Shown here: in pieces, positions 25,775 through 35,843 of the stretch
How positions within the stretch are numbered: position 1 is the first letter of the stretch
Layout of the letters: each line of letters starts with the position of its first letter
Assembly: GCA_945901065.1 (NCBI GenBank)
Contig: CAMDKI010000011.1
Location: forward strand, 16,149-80,148
Source: Chitinophaga pinensis
GTDB lineage: Bacteria > Bacteroidota > Bacteroidia > Chitinophagales > CAIOSU01
DNA: 64,000 bases
Direction of reading: 5' to 3'
Notes under the pieces: model-generated
Told to the model about the DNA's origin: nothing
Databases searched by the model: none
Seen by the model: the letters and a program-made list of their open reading frames with translations, nothing else
Translations under genes and position numbers: made by a program

Positions 25775-26821
25775 TTACAAAATCAACATTGCATCGCCAT
25801 AGGTAAAGAAGCGGTAATTTTCCTTAATGGCTTCCTCATAAGCTTTCATTATTAGATCGTAACCACCAAATGAAGCGTTCATGATCAACAAGCTTGACTT
25901 AGGTAAGTGAAAGTTTGAAATCATGCAATTGGCAATACTAAACTCGTGTGGTGGGTGAATAAACAAGTTCGTCCAACCTTCCATGGGTTTAAGCAAGTGC
26001 TGTGCCGATACTGCCGACTCCATAGATCGCATACTAGTGGTGCCTACTGCACAAATTTTATGCTTACCTTCTTTACCTTTATTTACAATATCGCAGTTCT
26101 TTTGATTGATAAAAAAGTACTCGGCATCCATTTTATGCTTGCTCAAATCTTCCACATCAATGGTACGGAAAGTACCCAGACCAACGTGCAACGTAAGTTC
26201 AGCAAAGTTTACACCCTTAATCTCTAGGCGCTTCATCAACTCCTTACTAAAGTGCATTCCAGCAGTTGGGGCAGCCACAGCGCCTTCGTTGCTTGCAAAT
26301 ACGGTTTGGTAGCGGTCTTTATCTAAATCTTCTGGTTTGCGTTTAATGGCTTTTGGCAGTGGCGTTTCGCCAAGACTGTATAGCAATGCCTTAAACTCTT
26401 CATAACTACCATCGTGCAGAAAACGAATCGTACGGCCCCGTGAGGTGGTATTGTCAACAACTTCCGCTACCAAATCATCTTCGCCAAAGTAAAGTTTGTT
26501 GCCTACCCGTATTTTACGGGCAGGGTCAACCAATACGTCCCAAAGTTTATTCTCAGCATTCAATTCACGAAGCAAGAACACTTCAATTTTGGCTCCAGTT
26601 TTTTCCTTTTTGCCATACATACGCGCCGGAAACACTTTCGTGTTGTTCAACACCATTACATCGCCATCATCAAAGTAACCCAAAACGTCGCGAAACATCT
26701 TGTGTTCAATAGTGCCTGTAGCACGATTGACTACCATCAAGCGGCTTTGGTCACGTTCATCATTAGGGTAAGAAGCAATTAGGTTGGGAGGTAATTCAAA
26801 GTTAAACTGGGATAACTTCAT
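25775..26821 (-). CDS. queA: S-adenosylmethionine:tRNA ribosyltransferase-isomerase
   Basis: 348 aa. [19 protein letters not shown]...RDQSRLMV and [12 protein letters not shown] are QueA hallmarks. Confidence 0.9.
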   Translation of the reverse strand: MKLSQFNFELPPNLIASYPNDERDQSRLMVVNRATGTIEHKMFRDVLGYFDDGDVMVLNNTKVFPARMYGKKEKTGAKIEVFLLRELNAENKLWDVLVDPARKIRVGNKLYFGEDDLVAEVVDNTTSRGRTIRFLHDGSYEEFKALLYSLGETPLPKAIKRKPEDLDKDRYQTVFASNEGAVAAPTAGMHFSKELMKRLEIKGVNFAELTLHVGLGTFRTIDVEDLSKHKMDAEYFFINQKNCDIVNKGKEGKHKICAVGTTSMRSMESAVSAQHLLKPMEGWTNLFIHPPHEFSIANCMISNFHLPKSSLLIMNASFGGYDLIMKAYEEAIKENYRFFTYGDAMLIL

Positions 26822-27038
26822 ATTGGGCCATTATTTTTTAGCGACGCAAAAATACAAATTGTCAGTGTAAAAGACTAAAATCAGCCTATATTTGTTCCGT
26901 GGCAAGGTGTAACTTGGTTCTTTTGCACTATCCGTTTCAATCAGGAAACCAATAACCGGTTAAACTACCGAATATTTGTGTACTTTGTAATGCCCTAGCT
27001 TTTACAACCTAACAACCAACAATTACGATAATACCACT

Positions 27039-28304
27039 ATGAAGGTGCTGCTCAATTTGATTAAAGAAAGTTTTATCAGCGCGCTTCACGAAATCGTAAA
27101 CAATCGGTTGCGAGCGTTTCTGTCTTTATTGGGCATAACCATTGGTATATTCTGCATCGTATCGGTATTTACAGCCATTGGCTCTTTAGAGTATAACGTG
27201 CGCACCAGTCTCGATAAAATTGGCAACCGAGTATTGTACATTGAAAAATTTCCTTGGAGCCAGGATGCTAAAAACTCTTGGTTTAAATACTTGCGCCGCC
27301 CCAACCCCAACATTGATGACTTTAACGCACTTAAAGCAAGCGTGCCGGGTGCTGAAGGCATCAGCATGATGTTTACGATAAATAAACTGGTAAAGCACGA
27401 AGGTAATGCCATGAAGGCCAATATTTTTGGTATCACCTACGATTATTACCTCATCAAAGACATGAGTTTCGAGGAAGGCCGGTACTTTACCGCAAGTGAG
27501 ATAGAGCGAGGTGCCAATGCAGCCATCATTGGGAGCGAAGTAGCTGATATTCTTTTCCCGGGTTCGATAAGCGCTATAGGAAAAGAGATAAATGTTTTTG
27601 GCGCAAGCGTCCAGGTAATTGGCATATTAGAGAAAGAAGGCGAAGATGTGTTAGGTATAACCGGAGACGATGCCGTAATACTGAATTATAACTTCGTGAA
27701 GAAAATAATTGACCTTAACAGCAATTTTATAGGAACTCGAATTGCGCTCAAGGCCAAAGCAGATGTTTCAGATGAAGATATAAGGGATCAAGTAACCATT
27801 GCGATGCGCCAAGCTAGAAGACTTAGCCCATTGCAAGAAGATGACTTTGCAATAAACGAAATGAGCATGTTCAGCAGTATTCTGGCATCTATTTTCGGCA
27901 TTATCAATTTCGCTGGTGGATTTATAGGTGCGTTTTCAATACTAGTTGGCGGCTTTGGGGTAGCCAACATCATGTTTGTGAGCGTAAAAGAACGAACGGC
28001 CATCATTGGCATCAAGAAAGCCTTGGGTGCCCGTAATTTCTTTATTCTGTTAGAGTTTTTGATTGAGGCAATTGTATTGTGCCTTATTGGTGGCATACTA
28101 GGCCTTGTACTTGTGTTTTTGTTGGTTACTATTGGCGAGTACGTAATACTTAATAGCTTCGAAATGAACTTCAAATTCATCATTTCGGGCGGGCAAATAG
28201 CTTTTGGATTGCTATTCTCTGCATTTATAGGTATCGTTTTTGGATTTATACCAGCACACATTGCTTCGAAAATGCGCCCTGTAGATGCCATTCGCTCTAA
28301 ATAG
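27039..28304 (+). CDS. ABC transporter permease, FtsX/MacB type (second copy)
   Basis: 421 aa with the same architecture as 23620-24879, ending PAHIASKMRPVDAIRSK. No cognate ATPase is adjacent. Confidence 0.85.
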   Translation: MKVLLNLIKESFISALHEIVNNRLRAFLSLLGITIGIFCIVSVFTAIGSLEYNVRTSLDKIGNRVLYIEKFPWSQDAKNSWFKYLRRPNPNIDDFNALKASVPGAEGISMMFTINKLVKHEGNAMKANIFGITYDYYLIKDMSFEEGRYFTASEIERGANAAIIGSEVADILFPGSISAIGKEINVFGASVQVIGILEKEGEDVLGITGDDAVILNYNFVKKIIDLNSNFIGTRIALKAKADVSDEDIRDQVTIAMRQARRLSPLQEDDFAINEMSMFSSILASIFGIINFAGGFIGAFSILVGGFGVANIMFVSVKERTAIIGIKKALGARNFFILLEFLIEAIVLCLIGGILGLVLVFLLVTIGEYVILNSFEMNFKFIISGGQIAFGLLFSAFIGIVFGFIPAHIASKMRPVDAIRSK

Positions 28305-28615
28305 CAGCGCTTTTTTATGGAGTAATTGATATTGTTTTCTTCAATTGTTAATCATCCTCCAATCGATATTACATATTCGACTTCTAAACAATAAAATTTC
28401 TTTTGCAATCCAATGGCAATAAGCCTTTCAGCAAAATAGTTTAGGCATTCCAAATCCTATCAGACGTCCAAAAGCCATAACCTTTATAGCATCGCAAGCT
28501 ATTGATTTTCAGATACTTACAAATAATTTTATTGGCATTTGGAGCCCATTGAGTTCATAAAAAACGATTTTTTGTTGTTGGCGCACCTATCATCAACAAG
28601 TAGCTTTACCGACGA

Positions 28616-29233
28616 ATGAACATGGTTCGTAAAAAAACTAAGGCTATGAAGAGGATAATAACCCGAGATTACAAGAAACACTTTATCTTGAATATACTGC
28701 CTTGCAGCACCAACAATGAATATGCAACTTACTACGCCAATGCTGATGAAGCAAAACAATTGAGCTTTTGGACCCGCTCGTTGGTAAGGCAATTGATTGT
28801 GGAACCAACTCACTACAAAAACATACAACTGAGAGCCGATAACCTCAAAAAGCAAGGCGGCATTATAGCAAGCTTGCAAACCATTGAGGTCACTGCCCAT
28901 GCAAGCGAAACCAAAGTACCTTTGGTGTATTTAGACTTAAACTATACCGTAAACAAAGAGGTGCAACTATTTATTGGTGGCATTGATGTTACTCACACAG
29001 TCTCTAAATCAGATAAGCTAACCGGCTTGGTTACCCGGTTTTTGAAAGAACTATACGCTGGCCACGAAATGCAATTCGGTGCCGAATCAACGGATTGTTT
29101 TATAGAAGAGCTTTATCTATTGGACGATGTACAAATGGTGGTTGACGAAAACAACCTTTTCAAATTACAAGTCGACCGTTCGTTGCGAGATTACCTAGTA
29201 GCGCTCAATTCAAGGTTGAGAGTAAATGCTTAA
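28616..29233 (+). CDS. Hypothetical protein (orphan)
   Basis: 205 aa with no motif I recognise. It is preceded by a 311-bp AT-rich spacer and followed by a G7-containing inverted repeat and a terminator. The competing antisense ORF 28529-28900 is shorter and less protein-like. Confidence 0.45.
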   Translation: MNMVRKKTKAMKRIITRDYKKHFILNILPCSTNNEYATYYANADEAKQLSFWTRSLVRQLIVEPTHYKNIQLRADNLKKQGGIIASLQTIEVTAHASETKVPLVYLDLNYTVNKEVQLFIGGIDVTHTVSKSDKLTGLVTRFLKELYAGHEMQFGAESTDCFIEELYLLDDVQMVVDENNLFKLQVDRSLRDYLVALNSRLRVNA

Positions 29234-29317
29234 TTGCTTATTGGGGGGGATACATGATATGCCGATTTTCCCAAAAAATTATTAATTAATTTCTTGTATC
29301 CCCCTTTATAATACAGC

Positions 29318-29349
29318 AAAAAACCCATGGCTGCGGCTATGGGTTTTTT
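29318..29349 (+). terminator. Rho-independent terminator after the orphan gene
   Basis: AAAAAACCCATGG-CTGCGG-CTATGGGTTTTTT: a GC-containing stem followed by T6. It overlaps the ORF-track start of recQ. Confidence 0.7.
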
Positions 29350-29380
29350 GTTGCCCGTAGCTATACGTAATTTAGCATCC

Positions 29381-31276
29381 ATGCACAACCTGAAGGGTAT
29401 ACTAGAGCAATACTGGCACTACAAAGAGTTCCGCCCGCTGCAGGAGGATATCATCCAATCAGTTATAGATGGGCATGACACATTGGCCATATTGCCAACC
29501 GGTGGTGGCAAATCGCTGTGCTACCAAGTTCCGGCAATGGCCTTGCCGGGCATTTGCATAGTGGTTACGCCCCTTATTGCCCTAATGAAGGACCAGATAG
29601 CCAACTTAAAAAAAAGGGGTATAAAAGCGCTTGCGGTGCATGCCGGCATGACTAGGGAAGAAATTGACCACACTTTTGACAATGCCGTGTATGGCAATTT
29701 CAAATTTTTATATCTTTCTCCAGAACGTTTATCGAGCGAAATACTATTGGCCCGCATTGCCAAAATGAAAGTGAATATACTGGCCATTGACGAGGCACAC
29801 TGCATAAGCCAATGGGGCTATGATTTTAGGCCAGCATACCTCAATATTGCCAACATAAAGCCATTAATACCCAATGTGCCCATTATTGCCCTTACTGCTA
29901 CTGCCACACCCAAGGTAAAGGAAGATATACAACTCAGATTGGAGTTTGAAAACCAAAAGGTATTTCAGGCCAGTTTTGCCCGACCAAACATATCGTTTGT
30001 AGTGCGCCGAACCGACGACAAAATGGGTAAAGTAATGCAAGCGCTAAAAAGCGTGCCTGGTTGCGCCATAATATACGTGCGCAGCAGGCGCAAAACGCAG
30101 GAGGTGGCCGATTTGTTGGGCAAAAAAGGCATTAAAAGCAGCTTTTACCATGCAGGCCTAAGCCATGAGTTGCGTAGCCGCCGACAAGAAGAGTGGATAC
30201 AAAACAAGGTTAGGGTAATGGTGTGCACCAATGCCTTTGGTATGGGCATAGATAAACCCGATGTAAGAACGGTAATTCATATTGATTTGCCCGAAAACGT
30301 TGAATCATATTACCAAGAGGCCGGCCGTGCAGGCAGAGATGGAAAGCACTCATTTGCGCTATTGCTATACAACCAAATAAACGAAGACGAGATAAATTAT
30401 AGGTTGGAAAACAATTTCCCTTCGCCTGAAGAAATAGTGAATGTATATAATGCATTAGGCAACTATTTGCAACTGGCAGTGGGTGCTGGCGAAGGCGAAA
30501 GTTTTTTGATTGATACTACCCAATTCATCAAAAACTTTAATCTAGACCCACCCAAAACATTTGGTGCACTTAAAATATTGGAGCAACATGGGCTGTTAAC
30601 CCTCTCTGAAGCAGTGTACATGCCAAGCCGATTGAAGTTTGTGACCGATAAAGAGGAGTTGTATAAGTTTCAGATAGCAAACCGAAAGTTCGACCCGTTT
30701 ATAAAACTGCTACTGCGCTCTTACCCAGGCTTATTTGAAGAATACACCACTTTTAAAGAAAGTGAGTTGTCTCAAAAAGCGGGGTTGAGCTTAAAAGATA
30801 TCGAGAACTACTTGAGTTTCCTGAAAAAAGGAGGTTTGATTGACTATTTGCCCCAAACCGAACAGCCACAGGTAACCTACCTAAAAGCTCGCGAAAACCC
30901 CAAATACCTGAAAATTGACAAGCGATTTGTATTAGAGCGCAAAACGGTATTTGAAGAACAACTAAAAGCCATATTGGGCTATGCCTTAAACCAACAGCAG
31001 TGCCGAAGCCAATACATGCTGACCTATTTTGGCGAAATAGTTTCGGAGCCGTGTGGACACTGCGATATATGCAAAGAAGGGCCCAAAAACACCGATAACA
31101 GCGAGGCCATTATTTCCGCCTTGCACAATGCGCTGCAAAACGGCCCATTAACCAGCACCAATGTGGTGCAACTTTTGGCCGATTATAACCCCGACAGCGT
31201 ATTGATGGCCATAAGGCATTTGATTGAGCTTGAGCAAATTTCGCTTACTGACGATAACCAGTTAACTTGGCTGTAG
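29381..31276 (+). CDS. recQ: ATP-dependent DNA helicase RecQ
   Basis: Motifs: FRPLQ, TGGGKS, AIDEAHCISQWGYDFRP, and a Zn-finger-like CGHCDIC. The ORF-track start at 29327 lies inside the upstream terminator hairpin, so the ATG at 29381 (MHNLKGILEQYW) is preferred. Confidence 0.9.
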   Translation: MHNLKGILEQYWHYKEFRPLQEDIIQSVIDGHDTLAILPTGGGKSLCYQVPAMALPGICIVVTPLIALMKDQIANLKKRGIKALAVHAGMTREEIDHTFDNAVYGNFKFLYLSPERLSSEILLARIAKMKVNILAIDEAHCISQWGYDFRPAYLNIANIKPLIPNVPIIALTATATPKVKEDIQLRLEFENQKVFQASFARPNISFVVRRTDDKMGKVMQALKSVPGCAIIYVRSRRKTQEVADLLGKKGIKSSFYHAGLSHELRSRRQEEWIQNKVRVMVCTNAFGMGIDKPDVRTVIHIDLPENVESYYQEAGRAGRDGKHSFALLLYNQINEDEINYRLENNFPSPEEIVNVYNALGNYLQLAVGAGEGESFLIDTTQFIKNFNLDPPKTFGALKILEQHGLLTLSEAVYMPSRLKFVTDKEELYKFQIANRKFDPFIKLLLRSYPGLFEEYTTFKESELSQKAGLSLKDIENYLSFLKKGGLIDYLPQTEQPQVTYLKARENPKYLKIDKRFVLERKTVFEEQLKAILGYALNQQQCRSQYMLTYFGEIVSEPCGHCDICKEGPKNTDNSEAIISALHNALQNGPLTSTNVVQLLADYNPDSVLMAIRHLIELEQISLTDDNQLTWL

Positions 31277-32364
31277 TGAAACACCTCATAGCCACCGTAA
31301 CCAACGATCTCACTTTCGACCGCCGCATGCAGCGCATTTGCCGAACGCTGGCCGCCAATGGCTTTGCGGTAACGTTGGTTGGCCGCGAGTTGCCAAACTC
31401 CAAGCCTTTGGACATTGAGCCATTCCGGCAGCATAGACTGAGGTGTTGGTTCAACAAGGGCAAGCTGTTTTACCTTGAGTTCAACATCAGATTATGGTGG
31501 TATTTGCTTTGGCAAAAGGCAGATATGGTTTGCGCCATTGACCTAGATACCATTGTGCCCTGTTTTGTAGTTGGCAAATGGAAAGGCTGGAAACGCATAT
31601 ACGATGCCCACGAATACTTCAGCGAAGTGCCAGAGGTGGTGCATCGGCCAATGGTAAAGAAAGTTTGGGAATGGGTAGGCAAAATATTTATACCCAAAGC
31701 AAACCTAGCCTATACCGTAGGTCCTGCGCTGGCCAAAATATTTACGGAACGATACCACATCTCTTTTCACAGCATTCGTAATGTGCCCGATGAAGCAACT
31801 AAAGCCCCTATCGCAACCGAAACAGGCTACCTGTTGTATCAAGGTGCTTTGAATAAAGGTCGTGGTTTGGAGACGCTGCTTACCGCAATGCAACACATCA
31901 ACCTAAAGCTTAAAATTGCTGGCGAAGGCGATTTGTCTAACGAGTTAAGAGAGATGGCAAAATCGCTTGGAGTGGCGGATAAAGTCGAGTTTTTGGGATT
32001 TGTAAAACCAGCCGACCTTCCTGAACTTACCGCAGGTGCTTGGCTTGGGCTTAACTTACTTGAGAACATGGGGTTGAGCTATTACTACTCTTTGGCGAAT
32101 AAATGCTTTGACTACATTCAAGCTGAAGTACCGGCGTTGCACATGGATTTCCCTGAATACCGAAGTTTGGTCGAAAAATATCCGGTAGCTATTTTACTAA
32201 TGGAACTCTCCCCCGAAGCAATTGTTAATGCTGTAAATACATTACAGCTTGACGAGCCAAGGTACAATGCCTTAGTAAGCGAGTGCCATCAAGTTAAAAA
32301 GAACTTTACTTGGCAATTAGAAGCGCAGAAATTGTTAACATTGTATCGTGACATCAGAAGTTAA
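31276..32364 (+). CDS. Glycosyltransferase (GT4/GT1-like)
   Basis: About 362 aa with a GT-B-like C-terminal half (KIAGEGDL...LGFV...SLANKCFDYIQAEVP). The GTG at 31276 overlaps the recQ stop TAG by 1 nt; a TTG at 31267 is the alternative start. Confidence 0.7.
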   Translation: MKHLIATVTNDLTFDRRMQRICRTLAANGFAVTLVGRELPNSKPLDIEPFRQHRLRCWFNKGKLFYLEFNIRLWWYLLWQKADMVCAIDLDTIVPCFVVGKWKGWKRIYDAHEYFSEVPEVVHRPMVKKVWEWVGKIFIPKANLAYTVGPALAKIFTERYHISFHSIRNVPDEATKAPIATETGYLLYQGALNKGRGLETLLTAMQHINLKLKIAGEGDLSNELREMAKSLGVADKVEFLGFVKPADLPELTAGAWLGLNLLENMGLSYYYSLANKCFDYIQAEVPALHMDFPEYRSLVEKYPVAILLMELSPEAIVNAVNTLQLDEPRYNALVSECHQVKKNFTWQLEAQKLLTLYRDIRS

Positions 32365-33490
32365 GCATATTCACATAGTATCGTTCAACGTACCTTATCC
32401 GCCAAACTATGGAGGGGTTATTGATGTGTTTTACAAGATAAAAGCACTTCACGACCTCGGCGTTAAGGTACACCTGCATACGTTTCACTATGGACGGGAA
32501 GAGGCCGAAAAACTGAAAGAACTCTGCGAGAAGGTGTATTATTACCCTCGTCAAAAATTTTACCAAGCCATTTATAGCAGAGTGCCCTATATTGTAGGTT
32601 CAAGACAATCAGATAGCTTGCTTTCAACCTTGATTGTCGACGATTACCCAATCCTTTTCGAAGGGCTGCACACCTGCTTCTATTTAAGCCATCCTTCTAT
32701 TCGCAACCGCTTTAAAATTGTGCGCATGCACAATATTGAGTGGGATTATTACAATAGCTTAGGTAAAGCGGAGCGCAATTTCTTTCGCAAGTTTTACTTT
32801 TATGCTGAGTCGAAAAAGCTAAAGGAGTACGAGGAAGTGTTGCGCGATGCTAACTTGATTGTAGGCATATCAACAAGCGATACAGAATACTTAGGCGAGC
32901 GTTTTAAAAATGTAGCCCACCTCCCAGCCTTCCATCACAATACAGCAGTAGGCAGTAAAGTTGGGCATGGCGATTATGCCCTATACCATGGCAACCTAAG
33001 TGTGCAAGAAAACAACCAAGCAGCTATATACCTTACGCGTAAAATATTCGACAATATTGGGCATCGGTTAAAAATAGCTGGCAGCAAGCCATCGAGTATG
33101 CTACAGCAGGAAGTGAAAACAAGACCTAATTTCGAGCTATTTTCCAGCCCAGATGACACTACTATGGCTTCGCTTATTGGCAATGCGCATATCAATGTTT
33201 TGCCAACTTTTCAAGCAACTGGTGTAAAGCTGAAGCTAATAAATGCGCTGTTCAACGGGCGTTTTTGTGTGGTGAACAAACCGATGATTGAAAACACTGG
33301 GTTAGAAAGCCTTTGCATTGTTTGCGACTCGGCAGATGAAATGAAAGCCGCCATCAAAAACCTGTTCGACCAAGAGTTTACGCAAACGGAGTTAGACAAA
33401 AGAATAGCAGTGCTTGAGGCTAACTACTCAAATGCTGCTAATGCCAGGCATCTAATGCAATTAGTTTGGCCCGCAATTTCGGTAGCATAA
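32348..33490 (+). CDS. Glycosyltransferase (GT-B fold, group 1-like)
   Basis: 380 aa. The GTG start overlaps the previous gene by 17 nt. The N-terminus HIVSFNVPYPPNYGGVIDVF is typical of Bacteroidota GT1-like enzymes. Confidence 0.65.
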   Translation: MTSEVKHIHIVSFNVPYPPNYGGVIDVFYKIKALHDLGVKVHLHTFHYGREEAEKLKELCEKVYYYPRQKFYQAIYSRVPYIVGSRQSDSLLSTLIVDDYPILFEGLHTCFYLSHPSIRNRFKIVRMHNIEWDYYNSLGKAERNFFRKFYFYAESKKLKEYEEVLRDANLIVGISTSDTEYLGERFKNVAHLPAFHHNTAVGSKVGHGDYALYHGNLSVQENNQAAIYLTRKIFDNIGHRLKIAGSKPSSMLQQEVKTRPNFELFSSPDDTTMASLIGNAHINVLPTFQATGVKLKLINALFNGRFCVVNKPMIENTGLESLCIVCDSADEMKAAIKNLFDQEFTQTELDKRIAVLEANYSNAANARHLMQLVWPAISVA

Positions 33491-33513
33491 ATTTATTATT
33501 AGCGCTTTCCGAG

Positions 33514-34203
33514 TTAAATACTCATGTGCTCTTCATCCTTTATGGTGCCATTACTGCACCTAATAATTCGCGACGGGAATTTCTCGATAATGTGGTAATT
33601 GTGTGTCGCCATAAGCACTGCCGTGTTAAGCTCTTTGTTGAGCATAATAAGTAGTTGCATGATGTCGTCGCTGGTATCTGGGTCAAGGTTTCCGGTAGGC
33701 TCATCCGCCAAAATCAATTTAGGGTCATTGAGCAAAGCCCTGGCTATTGATACGCGCTGTTGCTCGCCACCCGAAAGCTCGTGAGGAAATCTAAAACCTT
33801 TGGTTTGCAAACCCACCTTGCTCAGCACTTCGTCGGCCTTTTGGCTCATTTTTTTTTCGTCGCTCCAGCCAGTGGCCTTCATTACAAACGTCAAATTGTC
33901 AGTAACACTTCTATCGGTAAGCAGCTGGAAATCTTGGAAAACTATACCCAGTTTGCGCCTTAAATAAGGTATATCTTTAGTTTTGAGGGCATTTAAATCA
34001 TAACCTACTACTCTACCGGTTCCTTGGTCGAGCAATAGGTCGCCATACAAGGTTTTCATCAGACTACTTTTGCCACTACCGGTTTTACCAATAAGGTAAA
34101 CAAACTCCCCTTGTTTTACCTCAAGCCCTACCCCATTAAGCACCAAGGTTTTACCTTGGTACACAAATGCATTGTGCAGTTCCAAAATGGTTTCAGCGCT
34201 CAT
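33514..34203 (-). CDS. ftsE: Cell division ATP-binding protein FtsE
   Basis: 229 aa. Walker A GKTGSGKSS, signature LSGGEQQR, Walker [12 protein letters not shown]. Length and sequence are FtsE-like. No ftsX is adjacent. Confidence 0.8.
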   Translation of the reverse strand: MSAETILELHNAFVYQGKTLVLNGVGLEVKQGEFVYLIGKTGSGKSSLMKTLYGDLLLDQGTGRVVGYDLNALKTKDIPYLRRKLGIVFQDFQLLTDRSVTDNLTFVMKATGWSDEKKMSQKADEVLSKVGLQTKGFRFPHELSGGEQQRVSIARALLNDPKLILADEPTGNLDPDTSDDIMQLLIMLNKELNTAVLMATHNYHIIEKFPSRIIRCSNGTIKDEEHMSI

Positions 34204-34260
34204 ATAATCGGTGTTTGCCTAGGGCAAATATAGCTAATTAGTAACGCAGTAGACCTGCAA

Positions 34261-34782
34261 TTAGTATTCGGCCGACGTTACTAGGTAAATAACGAAACCC
34301 ATCAGGAACAAAATAAACAATCCGAGAATGGTGTATGCTATTTTGGTACTTTCCTTAAACTTAGAAGCTACGGTTTCTTTGTTTATCTCGTGAATTACGT
34401 TGCGAACTACCAGTTGTGCGCGAGCATAGGCAGTTTCATTCTTGATAATGTAATCTTTAGCGCCATAGTCATAACAAGTAACGGCCACTTCAATTTTATC
34501 TTGGTGCGACATCATTACTACCGGTATCTCGGGGCGCTTGTTCTTGATTTTCTTTAAAACCTCAACACCATCAGATGCTTCTTTGTCTTCACCATCAAAA
34601 TAATAGTCCAATATGATCAAATCAGGATTTGCAGGTAAGTCAACCATTGCATCATCCCCGTTGGTATAAGTTCTTATATCTAGGGTGTAAGGCAGGTGCT
34701 TGCTAAGGTGTTCTTTTAACAATAAAAGGTGCTTTGCATCATCATCAACAAGAAAAATGAGGTACTTGCGATCTTGGGCCAT
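34261..34782 (-). CDS. Stand-alone response-regulator receiver domain with C-terminal TM anchor
   Basis: 173 aa. Acidic pocket LVDDD, acceptor-like IILDYYF, VVMMSH, AKDYIIK, then a hydrophobic tail IAYTILGLFILFLMGFVIYLVT. Confidence 0.8.
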   Translation of the reverse strand: MAQDRKYLIFLVDDDAKHLLLLKEHLSKHLPYTLDIRTYTNGDDAMVDLPANPDLIILDYYFDGEDKEASDGVEVLKKIKNKRPEIPVVMMSHQDKIEVAVTCYDYGAKDYIIKNETAYARAQLVVRNVIHEINKETVASKFKESTKIAYTILGLFILFLMGFVIYLVTSAEY

Positions 34783-35064
34783 ATTGGGAGTATTTTAATT
34801 GTCTAAAGATTGCAAAAATATCAATCATATCCAACGAAAGCTAACTTGTAACAAGTTAATTTGAAGATATTATTAAGTTTTCCACATTTTTTCCACGAGT
34901 TGTTTCTGTAGTAGCAAATTAACAGGAGATTAAAATTATTTGCAGCGCATCGAAACTTATTCAATATTGCCGTATATTGTAGCTTGTGAAATAGGTTGCA
35001 TGGCCTATCAATGTTAAACAGATATTTATTTTAACAAACCGTTGCTTATTGAACATACCTCTAC

Positions 35065-35415
35065 ATGAACCTGTTAGTTAAAGTAACTTTAATGGCATTT
35101 TGCTTTGTGGCACCTTTGTGCGCATTTGCACAAGTGCCTCAGCAAATAAATGTGCCTGAGGTAAGGCATTACCCCAATCCGGTGGGTAACAGTAGTTTTT
35201 TGAACATCACTTTTTCTTTGCCTACCAACTCTTATGTAAGCCTTAAAATTTTCAACCCTTTAGGCATTCAGTTGAAAGAGCTGGTAAATGGAAACCTAGT
35301 TGCAGGCGACCATAATATTCCGTTCGATGTTTCGGTAATAAACGAGGGCGTGTATTTTTACACATTGCGTGTAAACGACCATTCGGAAACCAAGAAACTA
35401 ACGATAAAAAAATAA
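35065..35415 (+). CDS. T9SS type A C-terminal sorting domain mini-protein (signal peptide plus CTD only)
   Basis: 116 aa. The signal peptide ends CAFAQ. About 10 residues later HYPNPVGNSSFLNITF...VSLKIFNPLGIQL...GVYFYTLRVNDHSETKKLTIKK matches the Por secretion tail pattern. Confidence 0.7.
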   Translation: MNLLVKVTLMAFCFVAPLCAFAQVPQQINVPEVRHYPNPVGNSSFLNITFSLPTNSYVSLKIFNPLGIQLKELVNGNLVAGDHNIPFDVSVINEGVYFYTLRVNDHSETKKLTIKK

Positions 35416-35420
35416 GAGTA

Positions 35421-35828
35421 TCAAACCGGGTACTCTACCACATTGCGTTCCGTTTCGAAAAGCTTAATGTGCAAATCGTATTGCGTAGGTAGTTCAGCCC
35501 TAATTCGGTTGTATATAACGTAAGCTATGTGCTCGGCAGTAGGTATTAGCTCCGCAAAATCGGTTACATCCAAGTTCAGGTTTCGATGGTCAAATCGCTC
35601 AACCACTTCGGCATCAATAATATCCTTTACTATTTTCAAATCGATTACATAACCCGTCTCCGGGTCAACTTCGCCAGTAACCTTCACTTCAAGGTTGTAA
35701 TTATGCCCATGAAAATTCACATTATTGCAAAGGCCAAAAACCTCATTGTTCTTTTCCATGCTCCAATCGGGCCTAAACAACCGGTGTGCGGCATTAAAGT
35801 GGGCCTTGCGTATTACTGACATCCTCAT
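35421..35828 (-). CDS. queD: 6-carboxy-5,6,7,8-tetrahydropterin synthase
   Basis: 135 aa. AHFNAAHRL, NFHGHNY and the overall PTPS/QueD layout are present. It lies 15 nt downstream of the phosphatase gene. Confidence 0.85.
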   Translation of the reverse strand: MRMSVIRKAHFNAAHRLFRPDWSMEKNNEVFGLCNNVNFHGHNYNLEVKVTGEVDPETGYVIDLKIVKDIIDAEVVERFDHRNLNLDVTDFAELIPTAEHIAYVIYNRIRAELPTQYDLHIKLFETERNVVEYPV

Positions 35829-35843
35829 TTTCGACAGTTATGT

